Source: an uncultured virus (IMG/VR IMGVR_UViG_3300042898_001580) (Duplodnaviria; Heunggongvirae; Uroviricota; Caudoviricetes; Crassvirales). From it: a stretch of DNA of 64,000 nt. The notes under the pieces are model-generated. The model did not search any database, was not told the origin of the DNA, and saw nothing but the letters and a program-made list of their open reading frames with translations. This document shows positions 26,814-38,900 of the stretch, piece after piece. Both the position numbers and the translations under genes were made by a program. The stretch's first letter is position 1. Every line of letters starts with the position of its first letter. The DNA is taken from IMG/VR virus record IMGVR_UViG_3300042898_001580; one strand, given 5' to 3'.

Positions 26814-27006
26814 AATCTGTTGTAATGGTAATCCAAAGCTAACTACAAGGTATATGAATACTTGTGTAGACTCTATAGCACCTAACATTGAAGTACCAGA
26901 AATTATATCTATAACAGATGTAGTAGGTAAAGAAGTGTCTAAAATAGATGATGGAGTATACATTGTTATATTAAGTAATAATGAACGAGTTAAAATTATA
27001 AACTAA
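26761..27006 (+). CDS. Putative lipoprotein
   Basis: MKKLIILIILTISLQSC lipobox-like; C-terminus ITDVVGKEV...GVYIV...KII resembles a T9SS sorting-domain tail. Confidence 0.6.
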   Translation: MKKLIILIILTISLQSCRICCNGNPKLTTRYMNTCVDSIAPNIEVPEIISITDVVGKEVSKIDDGVYIVILSNNERVKIIN

Positions 27007-27188
27007 TGGAAAAGTTAATTATACTAGATTTTATGACAGGCGAATGTCATTGTTATACTTTAGTAATTCCTACAGAATTAGTAGATGATATGTACGATGA
27101 ATATATTGAAGATAAGATAGAAGCTCTTGGGCATAATATATCTAATGTTGAATATATGGTGACTGCAAATGATATAATTGTACACTAA
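27006..27188 (+). CDS. Small acidic hypothetical protein
   Basis: 60-aa ORF, TAATG coupling. Confidence 0.6.
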   Translation: MEKLIILDFMTGECHCYTLVIPTELVDDMYDEYIEDKIEALGHNISNVEYMVTANDIIVH

Positions 27189-27490
27189 TGTTTATAGCTC
27201 AAATTAAAATAGTTACCGAAACAAAGTATTTATATCCTTCTAAATCTTATTATTTTATTGGGGAAGACCCTCCTCCATATAAAGTAGTAGATAGAAAAAC
27301 TTCTGTACATTTATATTTAGTAGGGGAAAACTACAATACTTTCGATGAGGCAAAACAAGCTGCTATAGAGTATTCTAAAAATATGTGGACAGGGCTTGGA
27401 GGATTTGAAAATTTTTGTACTTGTACTCATACTAAAACTATTATAATAACAAATAAAGAAACTCTAAATTCAATAGAATTAAGTTTATGA
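27188..27490 (+). CDS. Hypothetical protein
   Basis: 100-aa ORF, TAATG coupling. Confidence 0.6.
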   Translation: MFIAQIKIVTETKYLYPSKSYYFIGEDPPPYKVVDRKTSVHLYLVGENYNTFDEAKQAAIEYSKNMWTGLGGFENFCTCTHTKTIIITNKETLNSIELSL

Positions 27491-27660
27491 AAGATAAAGA
27501 AGCTTTATTTAGAAGATTAGTAAATAATCCTAAATATACAAGTACAATATTACAAACTATTAATGAACATGACTTTGCTAAACAATCTTTAGTTCTTATG
27601 GTGGAAGATGAAATAGTTGTGCTTGTTCAGAAAGGTAATGATATAAAAGTTAGGAAATGA
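27487..27660 (+). CDS. Hypothetical protein (MKDKEALF...)
   Basis: 57-aa ORF filling the gap with ATGA overlaps at both ends; below track cutoff. Confidence 0.55.
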   Translation: MKDKEALFRRLVNNPKYTSTILQTINEHDFAKQSLVLMVEDEIVVLVQKGNDIKVRK

Positions 27661-27980
27661 AATGGACAGATGTTAGTAAAGAAAAACCACAAGAAGGTGT
27701 AAAGTACTTTTTTAAGATTTACTATGGTAATAATGCAGAAGAAAAACTTGTAGGTTATTATTATAATAAAAAAGGTAAGGAGTATTTTTCAGAAGCTTTT
27801 GATGGAGAAACTTATAAATTGGAAGAACTTACAGAATGTTATTGGTTAGATGAAGAATTTAAAGAGCTAGATTGGCAACTATTAGAAGAAAAGTTCTGTA
27901 AAGAATGGAATAAAAGAATATTTGCTAACAATAGAATGCAGTATTGGGAAATAAACCAATGGTATAAAGATAATGTATAA
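27657..27980 (+). CDS. Phage hypothetical protein
   Basis: MKWTDVSKEKP...WLDE. Confidence 0.65.
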   Translation: MKWTDVSKEKPQEGVKYFFKIYYGNNAEEKLVGYYYNKKGKEYFSEAFDGETYKLEELTECYWLDEEFKELDWQLLEEKFCKEWNKRIFANNRMQYWEINQWYKDNV

Positions 27981-28153
27981 TGGAAGCACAAGTTAAAATA
28001 TTAGAGCTATCAGCTGATAGGTATGAATGGTATATTATTGTGCAATATCCTACAGAGCGTTATATGGGAGTAGCTTCTACAAAACAAGAAGCTTATCATA
28101 GATTACATGAAGTAGTACAAGCTTTACAGTTACTTATTGTATATATAGATTAA
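27980..28153 (+). CDS. Hypothetical protein (MEAQVKIL...)
   Basis: 57-aa ORF, TAATG coupling, last gene before the terminator. Confidence 0.5.
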   Translation: MEAQVKILELSADRYEWYIIVQYPTERYMGVASTKQEAYHRLHEVVQALQLLIVYID

Positions 28154-28170
28154 AGATAAATAGAGATATT

Positions 28171-28207
28171 AAAGAAAAGGGCTACCGTTTAAAGTAGCCC
28201 TTCTTAT
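28171..28207. terminator. Bidirectional terminator between convergent modules
   Basis: AAGGGCTAC (28177-28185) / GTAGCCCTT (28194-28202) stem with A-rich and T-rich flanks. Confidence 0.85.
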
Positions 28208-28224
28208 CAAAAAATTTCCAGTCG

Positions 28225-31200
28225 TTAGTTAGTTAAGGCTTTAAAATTCTCTAAAGCAATTGAAGGGTCTATATTAGAACCATTATATCCAAATAACAGT
28301 ATTAACATTTTAGCTTTTAGTTTATTATCTCCTTTTTTATTAGGCCCTGAATCTCGTTGATATTCTTCTAAAGGACTTAATAATTGGTTACCTACTTTAG
28401 CTCCTCTTACTAATAAAGTATTGATAGAAGAAGGTGATTTAATAATACGTAAAGCATCTCCTGTACCTAGTAAAGGTATATAAAAAGCTATCTCTGATTT
28501 CAGTCGCAGTAGTTCATACATAGCTAAATTATATCCATAGCTATCTTTTAATTCATCATCATCATCTCCCATACCCGCTAAAAGCATAGTCATTGCAAGT
28601 AGTGTTCCGTAGATACTTAATTCTGTAAGAGCTTTCTTTATATTATTCTTTTCTCCTTCTGTTAAATCAGGATCATTATATAGTTTCCAAATATTAATAC
28701 TTCTTTCTTGTTGTATTTTTCTGAATAAAGTACGGTAATACCCTTCTACTACATCATTCATTTCATAATTAACATGTAAACCCTGCCATCTTCTTTCTAC
28801 GTTAGGTACTAAGAAGTTACGGAATTGCATTAAAGACCTTCCTATGAATGTTTTCTTTGCCTCTAGTTCATCTAGTTTATTATATACACCATGCAGTTCT
28901 TTGTTTATAGCGTTAATTCTGTTTCTCAATTGTTGTTCATCAGCTTCAGTAAAATCTACATCTTCTCTTAATCTTACTATGCCATCAGCTTGTTTTTCGT
29001 ATGCTTCTAGTAAAGTAATTTCCTTTCCTTCTTTAGTCTTTACTATAGTAGCTTTAGCTATTGCAGCAAACATATTAGCTTGAGATATAAATTCACCCAT
29101 TGATAAACCTCCCATTAATAATGATGTAGAAGCATTTCTTTTTACCATAGAACCTCCTATTTCATCTACTGCATCATTCTCGCCTTGTATAGCTTGGAAT
29201 ATGTCTAACATCTGCCCAAACTTACTGGTTTTAATACCTTTTAAAGTATCCATAAGTAAGTTTTCTTCTGCACCTGTTGCATACATTAATTGAGCTACAA
29301 GTGCTTTACCTTGTTGTAGACTTTTAAAGGAGAAATACTTACTTCCTACTGATTCTATAGCTATGTTGGTAGCAGCATTTAATCTGTTGGCAATAGCTTT
29401 TAAACCATCAGCTCCTAGTACAGTCAAAGCATTTGCTTGTAGCATAGAGTCTACTACTTTATCTATTCGTATAGACCTTCCCATAAAATCTACAGTAGCT
29501 GCAAACTTTCTTTCGTTGTATATAGTACTGTCTATCCAGCTATCAAACATTTTGTAAGCTTCAGTTTCAGCAAAATTAGTTTCTTCTACTTTATCTTCAC
29601 CATATACTTTCTTATATAAGGCACTTAACACTTTTTTACCTGTTGAAGTTTTCTTTTCTACAGTTCTTTTACCAAGAGTTTCTTTAGTTACAAGTGCTAA
29701 AGATTCCATTGAAGAATTAAGTTTAAATTCTTCTGCCATTTTAGCAAATCTTAATACAGTATCTACTACATTAAGATTAACTAACTCTGCTGCCATTGGT
29801 TGGTTATAATAAATAGGTATGCTTTTCTTTTTACCTTTAAATACTATACCTTTTGCAGCATCTTCTACGTGTGCATTAAACTTTCTATCCCAAGCTTCTT
29901 TAGCTGTTTTCTTTACATTTCCTTCTTCAATAAAAATATCTTTTAAATCTTTTTCTTCAGAAGGTATTCTTAGTCCTGGTCTTTCAAAAGTAGGTAGAAG
30001 TTCTTGAGATTTTAAGTATACATCTAGTAAATAAGTATGCATAGCTTTATCCTGTGCAGAAAGTGCTTGCCATTTTTCAGAAGGAAATATTTCTTTGTTT
30101 GGAACCATAAACATACCAACTGCTTTTACTCCACTATCTCTTACATATCCATCTAATAGTTTTTTACCATACTCAGCCATTAAATCAGGATCTTCCCACC
30201 TGTCCATATACTCTTCTGATAAAGAGCTACTATACAAATGTTTAGTTACATAAATGTAAAACTCCTTTTCTCCTTGGGCAGTATTATCAAAAAGCTTTCT
30301 TTTCTTTTTTAAGGTTTCTAGTACTTCTTTTCTACCTCCTTCTAATTTATCTTGTGATATAGTATACTTCTTATAGAAGCCTGCTTTAATAGTTCTTGCA
30401 GCAGCCATTCCAGTTTTATACCCTTTAGGATCTCCATTTTCAGCAGCTGCATAAGCTTTTTTTTCTTCTAAAGCTGCTAAGTCGTAAGCTTTCTTTTTTT
30501 GTAAGTTATAAGCATTTTGGTCAAAATCTGATATAAACCATTTTTCTTTTGATGTTTCGTATTGCCCACTGTCTGCATTATAATTAAGTACTGTAACATC
30601 TTCTAAAATAGAGTCATACAGAGTTTCAAAGTTAAGAGTGCTTTTACCTTCTGTAAACTTTTTATACTCTTGTGCTGTTTTTATGGTTAGTTCATTTACT
30701 TTCTTTATTACAGCATCATACGCTTCTTTATATCTTTGATAGAACAATCCTATTGCTGCATCAGATGTATTAGCTATGGTAGTTATCATTCTGGTAAAAA
30801 AGTTTTTATCATTACCAGCAGTTTTGTAAATAGATACTAAGTTATTTAGTAGAGGAAATCCTAGCTTTCTTTCTAGTTCTTCTTTTTTATTGCGTAAAGC
30901 TGCTCTTTTTATTGGGTCTTCAGTGGCATCTATATCTTTCTGCAACTTTTCTATCATAGGTATATAAGCTTCTATGTTTTTACGTAGTTCAGGAGTTATA
31001 GAACCTTTGTTAGCTGCTGCTAATAAATAAGGAGCTACTTTATCTATTTTATTTTGTATTGATTGTTTTACATCTCTAATCTTATGTAGCTTATCTAAGG
31101 TAGAATCTTTTAGTGCTTCTTCATCTTGAACATAAGCATTTATCTCATCAATAATATCAAGTTCTTTAACATAGCTCATGTATGCCCCAACTCTAGCTAA

Positions 31201-32979
31201 TAATTCTTCTGCTTTTTCACGAGTATCAGCGTTAGGAGCTTCTGACAAAAGCTTAAAAAACCTATTAAAATATGAATCAGGATTTTCTTTATCGGCTAAA
31301 TGTGTATAAGTATCTTCTACTATATTTATTATAGTTTCTGCTAAAGTAGCATTTTTAACTAGTTCTTCTATTTTAGATATTGCATTAAGTTTAGATAGTT
31401 GCCCTGTATCAGATTTACTTTTATAGACCCTTTCTCTTCTGTCTACTAGCCAATCTTTTATCTTTGTTAGGATAGCATTACTTTCAGATTCAATCTCTGT
31501 ATCTAAATCTCTGTTTGCTGCAAAAGTACCATCACGTAAATCTAAACTATATGCTTTATCTCCTAACAATATTTCTGCAAGTTCTTTTAAAGAAGTATTA
31601 CTATCAATACTATCTACAGCATTAGTAGAGAATAATCCTCTAAGAAGGTTCTTTATAGCCTTTATAAGCCTTTGTACAGCACTTTCAAAAGAAGGATTAG
31701 TATACTGCTTTTGAGCTTCTGCTGTTAAAGCACGCACAGCTACTTCTTCAAATCCTTCATAATTTAATTCACCATCAACTACATGTTCAGGGTATAGCTC
31801 TTTTACTTGATTATATATAGCTTTACCTTCAGGTGTAGAAAGTATTTCTTCTACTATGTTAGTAAAAAGCTCTACATTCTTTTGAGCTATAGCTCTTATG
31901 AAAGGGTGAGAAAACTCGTGTAAAGCATTCTCTAAAGTAATTCCATCTTCTAATATGTATACTTTACCTTTATAAAAGAAAGCTTTTTCACCATTATAGT
32001 TATCATACAACTTTTTAGCTTTTGCAGCTGTAATTATTTCGTATGGGGTATTAAACTTTTTAGTAAGTTTATTTAACATCTTTACTACAACAGTTTTAGC
32101 TTCTTTATTTTCTGTAGTAGTTTTATTAAATGCGGGTTTTTCAGCTTCTATCTTTTTTAAAGCCACTATAGTAGCTCTGGTTTCAATATCTATTTTATCT
32201 TGTGTGTTTAAATCTCTACCTTGTTTCCAATATACATCTACATCTTTATTATTTACATGGTCTTGTTCATGGTAAACTAAAAAAGTATTGGCAAGTTTAT
32301 TAGAAGTAATTATCTGTTTAATTCTCTCTAATCCATAGCCTTGTTTAGTAAGTTCATCTAAGACCAGTTTCTTTTGTGCACTTGTAACTCCCCCCTCTTT
32401 ACCTTCTATGTAATCAAATAGCTCTTGAATATTAGTAACAGGATTTATAGTTATTTTACCTTCCCTAGAAGAAGATGCAAATCTTTTTGAACCATCACTA
32501 TTTTTTAATTCTGCATTTACAGCATAATCTGGCATAGAAGTTTCTTTTACTTCTGTAACAGGAGCTGCTTTAAAGGCTATTTGAGGAGTATAGTGAGGCT
32601 GATTTACTATAAACATAAAGGTATCTCTATCTCTTAATTTACGAGAACCTGTTACTTCTACAATACTTGTATCTGCTGTGCCTTGTATAGTCAGTCCTAA
32701 TTGTTTATACCCATCTTGTAATAATGCTAAATCTGCTCTACTAGTCCCTAATACAACTCCTTTTGAAGTCATATTATTATATACTTTTAAAGCTTGTGCG
32801 TATTGTTCAGGGCTAGAATAGTATGGCTCTGACATATAAGTATTTCTAATCTTAATAGCATCTTCTACTGAAGGATAACCACCATCTGTTAGTAGATATA
32901 CTCCTAGAGCTTCAGATGTACTATTTAAAGCATCTTCTATAGGTTTTATTTTAAATTGTAAGGGGCAGTTTACTAGCAT
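28225..32979 (-). CDS. Large virion cargo protein with zincin-like HExxH motifs
   Basis: 1584 aa downstream of the virion RNAP; LHEFSHP and YHEQDH. Confidence 0.75.
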   Translation of the reverse strand: MLVNCPLQFKIKPIEDALNSTSEALGVYLLTDGGYPSVEDAIKIRNTYMSEPYYSSPEQYAQALKVYNNMTSKGVVLGTSRADLALLQDGYKQLGLTIQGTADTSIVEVTGSRKLRDRDTFMFIVNQPHYTPQIAFKAAPVTEVKETSMPDYAVNAELKNSDGSKRFASSSREGKITINPVTNIQELFDYIEGKEGGVTSAQKKLVLDELTKQGYGLERIKQIITSNKLANTFLVYHEQDHVNNKDVDVYWKQGRDLNTQDKIDIETRATIVALKKIEAEKPAFNKTTTENKEAKTVVVKMLNKLTKKFNTPYEIITAAKAKKLYDNYNGEKAFFYKGKVYILEDGITLENALHEFSHPFIRAIAQKNVELFTNIVEEILSTPEGKAIYNQVKELYPEHVVDGELNYEGFEEVAVRALTAEAQKQYTNPSFESAVQRLIKAIKNLLRGLFSTNAVDSIDSNTSLKELAEILLGDKAYSLDLRDGTFAANRDLDTEIESESNAILTKIKDWLVDRRERVYKSKSDTGQLSKLNAISKIEELVKNATLAETIINIVEDTYTHLADKENPDSYFNRFFKLLSEAPNADTREKAEELLARVGAYMSYVKELDIIDEINAYVQDEEALKDSTLDKLHKIRDVKQSIQNKIDKVAPYLLAAANKGSITPELRKNIEAYIPMIEKLQKDIDATEDPIKRAALRNKKEELERKLGFPLLNNLVSIYKTAGNDKNFFTRMITTIANTSDAAIGLFYQRYKEAYDAVIKKVNELTIKTAQEYKKFTEGKSTLNFETLYDSILEDVTVLNYNADSGQYETSKEKWFISDFDQNAYNLQKKKAYDLAALEEKKAYAAAENGDPKGYKTGMAAARTIKAGFYKKYTISQDKLEGGRKEVLETLKKKRKLFDNTAQGEKEFYIYVTKHLYSSSLSEEYMDRWEDPDLMAEYGKKLLDGYVRDSGVKAVGMFMVPNKEIFPSEKWQALSAQDKAMHTYLLDVYLKSQELLPTFERPGLRIPSEEKDLKDIFIEEGNVKKTAKEAWDRKFNAHVEDAAKGIVFKGKKKSIPIYYNQPMAAELVNLNVVDTVLRFAKMAEEFKLNSSMESLALVTKETLGKRTVEKKTSTGKKVLSALYKKVYGEDKVEETNFAETEAYKMFDSWIDSTIYNERKFAATVDFMGRSIRIDKVVDSMLQANALTVLGADGLKAIANRLNAATNIAIESVGSKYFSFKSLQQGKALVAQLMYATGAEENLLMDTLKGIKTSKFGQMLDIFQAIQGENDAVDEIGGSMVKRNASTSLLMGGLSMGEFISQANMFAAIAKATIVKTKEGKEITLLEAYEKQADGIVRLREDVDFTEADEQQLRNRINAINKELHGVYNKLDELEAKKTFIGRSLMQFRNFLVPNVERRWQGLHVNYEMNDVVEGYYRTLFRKIQQERSINIWKLYNDPDLTEGEKNNIKKALTELSIYGTLLAMTMLLAGMGDDDDELKDSYGYNLAMYELLRLKSEIAFYIPLLGTGDALRIIKSPSSINTLLVRGAKVGNQLLSPLEEYQRDSGPNKKGDNKLKAKMLILLFGYNGSNIDPSIALENFKALTN

Positions 32980-35900
32980 AGTGCAGTTTTGTTAAATATG
33001 TTTTCTGTGTCAGCTTCTTTTATCTTTTTTATTAATTGAGTAGGAGTAATACTTCCTGCTTGTTCAGCATCTGTTACTAATTGTTCTACTCTTGGGTCTA
33101 CTCCTTTTGTAAATTCATAGCTGAATATACCTTCTTGTTCATTTGTCCAATCCTCATTTAGTTTAACAAAGTAAGAAGCTAATTGAGCCATAGGACTTTT
33201 TACCAAAGATACAACTTTATCTTCAGAAGTAGTTTCAGCTTCTTTTATTTCTTTATATTCTTCTTTGGTAACAACTTTAGCTTGGCTTTCTTCCAACTGT
33301 TGCTGTTCTATCCAACTATTAGATACATCTTCTGTTGTTGACATACTTTCTACTCTTGGATCTATTACATCTGCCCATTCATCTTCTTCTTCTCCAAAGC
33401 TTGGAGATTCTATTTTTACATTTTTCTTTCTACCATAAAGTTCTAAGGCTTCGTTTAAAGGAAAACTATAAGCAGATGTACCTTTTGAGTATGCGTTTAG
33501 ACTTGTTACACCAAAAGCTTTTTCAGCAGATACATATTCAAATTTAGTACCACTTGGTATATTACTAAGGTCAGTAATAACTTTACCATCAACTTTTTGT
33601 AGTACATAAGGAAAATACCCACTTTTAATAAAAGGGTTAGGTACATACATCTTATCTACTAGTTTAAAATTGTAATTAGCCATTACACGATTTGTCATAT
33701 TACCTTCTTTACTTTCTGCTCTTGTATCATTTAATGTAATAGTTTCAGGGGCTTGAGCAAATACACCTTGTTTTTTTCCTTCGCTAAAAACAGGATTTTC
33801 TTTACCATTTACTTTGGCAGGTAAGTAATATAAAGTATTTGAGTTTGACTTGTTTAAACTCCATATTTTTATAAATTCATCTGCTATTTTAGTAGTATCT
33901 ACAAAATCAGGATTTTTAGTAAAGTAATCTAAAGCGTCTGAATATATGGTAAACATATAAGCAGGTATTTCAGATTGGAATGAGTTGTTCTTGTACCTAG
34001 CACCATCTTTAAGTAATATGTAAGCAACTAGTTTTACTGCTGTATCTCTTGATTTAGGATTAGCATACAAATCATCAAAGCTATTAATAAGTTCTTCCTG
34101 GTAATCAGGATTTCTTAATTGCCTTGTGTTACCTTCTATTTTATCTACCTGATATTTCTTTTCTCTTTCTTTAGCTGAAATGTAACGTAAAAACCTATTA
34201 TTTTCTAGCCCAAGAGATTTAGCATTTCTCTGTAAGTTCTGTACTTCTTTTACTAATTTAGTTTCAAACAGAGCCTCTTTAGTAAATGCTTGTATAAAAG
34301 GGTCTAAAAATTTAGCATTGTATTTTTTAGTTTTACCTGCCTTAGTATCTTCCAAGTATTTCCTAAATATACTTAAGCTAACAAAGCTATTAAAGTCTTT
34401 ACCTAACCTAGAAGCTACATCTGGTTTATTAATACCTAATGTTTGTTGTTCTACAGCAGCAAGAGTCTTTTTAAACTTGGGGTTTTGAGATATGAATAGA
34501 GTAGTTGCTGTAGATTTTAACTCTTCCAAAGCTTGTGTAGAAGCTTTTATAGGCCCTACTTCTAGTATTCTACCTAATCCCATTATATCGCCACCTAAAG
34601 CTTCTGAAAGTGTAGTATAAGATTTATATATCTTATCTACTTCAGTAAAATTAGCAGGTACACCTTTTCTTAAGTTTAATATGTCTTTAGCTAACATTGA
34701 GTATTGAGAAGCTTTTCTTGCTTTTAAATATACATTTAAAGCTATGTTAGCTACATCTCCTTCTTCTTTTCCTCGTAAGTACTCATCAAGCTGTTCTTCT
34801 ACTAAAGGTAAAGGATTTTCTTCTGCATTTAAATAAGCTACTTCAGATTCTGCTTTTTGTACTATAGAATATTGAGTTTCGCTGATAAAATTAGAAGAAG
34901 CATTTAAAATTTCAGAAATTACTTCTTTTACTTTAGGGCTGTTTATTATTTTTAAAGCTAGTTTTAAAGGTACACCTGTACCAATCATCATACACACAGG
35001 GCCTAGAGTTTCTAAGTTTAGATTTAACCTACCTGCCACAGGATCTTTAGCATTATCAGTCATAGCATTGATTAATGCTGATATACTTCTTACAATCCTT
35101 TTTACACCTTGTGTGTATCTTCCAGTATCTTTAAAGGAAGTTCCTCTGAACTGTACGTGTTTATATACAAAGTCTTTAGATTTTGTAGTAAAAGTTATAT
35201 TAGGAGCTAGAGTAGCATTTACTTTAGCTAAGTATTGATATATTACGTTAAATACTGCAACAGGGCCAATACCATCAGAACCTGCATCATTATTAGCCAT
35301 AGCTACTGAAAGGTCATTAAAGCTGAAGAAACCTAAAGAATTTTTACCTGCTGTAAATATTTCTGGAAAATCTTTTGTTAGTAGCTCTTCTGCTTCTGTC
35401 AAAATTTCGTTAGAAGTTTTTTCAAAAGCCAAAGTATTTTGTACTGTAGGATTACCTAGCATTTCTATTTTTATAGAAAGCATTTCATTATTTAATACAG
35501 CCTTAAATTTACCATCAGGATATTTAGCTTTAAAAGCAGTTTTACTTGCAGGCATTCCATAATAACGTAAAGCACTTGCTAGTTTATTTGCTTGTACTTC
35601 TTTCTTTCTTTCTTGTACCTGTTTTATTTGTTCTATTAAGCTTCTTTTTGTATCTATAACAAAAGACCTTATAGCTTCTTTTTCTGATTCTTCATACAAA
35701 GAAGTAGTAATAAAATCATTTACTTCAACTAACTTTTCATTCTTAGCTTCTATTTGTTCTTTTATATCTTTTTCTGTTTCTAGTAAAGATTGGTATTCTT
35801 TATTATCATCTAGCAAAGATTTTTGGTAGCTCTCTATATCTGTTTCTTTCTTAGCCCAATTAATGAACTCTTCAAATTGACCTTCTGTAGTTGTGGCACT

Positions 35901-38900
35901 ACCATATTTGTAGAACTTACCATCTTTTTCGTATATATCATATTTTTGTACAAATAAGCTATCAATATCAAAGTCAGCACCTGATAAAAACTGAACTTCT
36001 TCAGGAACCATTATGGCATTACCATATATTGCAGGTAAGAAATCTACTATCTTAAGTACAGTCATTGAAGATTTATCGTCTGTTGGAATACGATAACCCA
36101 TCATATAAGCTAAATCTTCAGGTATTTCATCCCCTACTTTTAGACCATATAATTCTTTGTAGTAAGAAGATACTATAGCTTCGCTATGAAGTATTGTTTT
36201 ACCATCTTTGGTAGTTTCTGTATTCCAAGCTAAATCTCTTGTATCATAACCTTCATAAGCTTCAAAGTTAGCTTTAAACTGTTCTGCTCTAACTACCTTA
36301 CCTTCATGTACTATTACTTTCATAGGAGATACAAGAGTAAATTTAGCTCCTGCAACTTTCTGTTTTAAAGCATTGTTAGACCAATGTGCTAAGTACATTG
36401 CTGTAAACTTGTCTATTGATATAGCTATGTTAGGGTTTAAAGAAGGATTACCTGAAGCATTTGGTCTGAATATATCTAATAACTGAGGAGAAGCTCCTGT
36501 AGCTACCAAACCATCATACCAATCAGGTAATACTTTAGAAAGTGTTGATACTCCATCTTTATCTTTTAATAAAGAGAGTGCATATTCTGTTGATTGAATT
36601 ATGCGTTCTTGGTCTTTTTCATCAAGTTGTTCTACTAAGTTTTGTAAGCTATGTGGTAATTCTGACCAAATTAAAGCCAAATGTTGAGTACCATCAGTAA
36701 TCTTAGTCTTTACTCCTTTAGTAGATACTTGCTCACCATAGTAATCACCATTAATCTCTCGTACCTCATCTATTATAGTAGTCCCTTTACTTACAGATTC
36801 ATGTCCTACTAAATCTATATTATTAGCAAGCATGTCTTCAAGTATATTATGCTCTTTTTCACGTCCTGGTAATGCTTCCCACTTTCCATTTACTTTGTAA
36901 GAAGTAAGTTCTCTTATTAAGGGAAGTGTAGACATTTTTAGGTACATATTAAGTCCGTATGCTAAGTCTTTCTTTGGGTTTAGCAAACAATCAGCAGCTT
37001 CTAAAGATTCTAATTCTTCTCTTGTTAAAGGTAAGCCTTCTTCAACTTTAGAAAGTATTGCCATAACTTTAGGAGAAGTTTTACCTAATTTAAATAGCCT
37101 TCTTATTGTAAAGTCTAAGCTATTATAAGCTTGTCCATCAGCAAGGTTATGTTCATTTTTCTTAGTTGCTTCTTCTACTTCTTTAAATACTTTCTTACCA
37201 TTTTCTACAAATACCTCTTTATTTTTTACTATGTCAGGTATAATTTTAACTCTAACAGTTTCTCCAAACATAGAATTAAAAGCACCATTAGCCCCTTTTA
37301 ACCTTTTAACATGGTCTTCAGGATTCTTTACTTTATAAGCTAAGTCTCCATGCAATAAAGTATTAAATGCTTGCCCATTAACTAAGTAGTTAAGTTGCAT
37401 TGACCTTATTTTATCAAGGTTAACTTTATTTTTGTCTGTAAATTCACTTGGTAATAAACCAGTAACATACTCTCCTTTCTTTAATGTAACTACACCTTCT
37501 TTTACAAGGTTAGCCATTGTTAGTTGGAAGTCTTTTTCTACATACTTATCTATATCTTCTTTTATTCTATTATATAAACTCTCAGATATATCATCTAAAG
37601 TAGCCAAACTTTTTAGTTCTGCTTGTACTGCTTCTGATAAATAGTTGTTAGTAAAAAACTTATATCCATTCTTTTGCCCTGTTGTAAAGTTTTTTACAGC
37701 GGGTACTTTGTTATCTAGTAGATATTTTATACGTATATGTTCATTTTTAATGAATGAGAACATATCTGCATAAAACTCTTTAGAGTATTTACCACCAACA
37801 AGATAAGGATTAACAGGTAAAAGTATTGCATAACCTGTAGAAGCTGTTTCAATTACTTGTGGGTAATAGTAAGCATAAGGTATTTTCTTAGTTTCTTTAC
37901 CTACTTTAACTGTTTTGTACTTGGTAGTGTTGTATAAAGAAAAGAATGTTAGCATTTTTTCTAGGGGAGTCATATTTTTAAATACAACACCTTCTTTTTT
38001 ATCTCCTGTTTCTTTTCCTTCGTCAGTAGTTTCTTCCGCCCTTATACCATCTATATTTTCAAATCTAAAAGCTCTGTCAAAAGTAACTTCTTCTTTATAC
38101 AAAGGGTTATCTTGCGTAGCTATAAAGTGTAGAGGAACCATCCAAGAGTCTTCTTGGTTAGAATAAAACTCTGTAAATTCTTCTTGGTTTTCACTTCTTG
38201 CTTGTTTATTTTGTAACTGTGCAACTCTTTTTAAGAAGAAAGAACCTATTTGATTATCACTTACTAATTGATTTTCAGCATTTTGGAATGTAGAAGTACC
38301 TGCTGTTTCATCAAAGTAGGCATTTTCCATAGCCATATTTTTAAGCCTAGCTAAAGCCCCTTCATCCCCTTCTTTAAATGGGTCTAACTGTTCATTAACA
38401 AATCCTACTATATTTCGTAGTGTTTCACCATCTGAACCATTTAGCCCATAGAAATTCTCATATAACTCCATTAGGTTTTCTTGTGCAGGAGTTAATTCTT
38501 TTTTATTCTTTAAGATAGAGTATTGTATGTATAAAGGAGATAGTTTAATACCTATCTCATCTAAAGACATTTTAACTTCTCTTACAGCATCTTCTAGTTC
38601 TTCATCAGAAAAACCATCTGTTACTTTTAAAGATATAAAAGGCTCCATAGAAATTGTATGGTATTTTTTATCCATGAAGTTTTTAAACCCAACTTTCCAG
38701 CGTTCTACTTGTTGTGTATCCACATCTTTAAAGTTAGAACTACTTACTTTAGCTTCTCCTGTAGCAGGATTTAGCCTAGTCATTAAAGAACCTGTTTTAA
38801 ACTTATAGAAGGCTTGTTGAAAAGCATTCCATATATGTTCGTTCTTTACTTCTCCTTTATTATCTAATCCTGGAGCATTAGCTTCAGAGTTCCAATTTAG

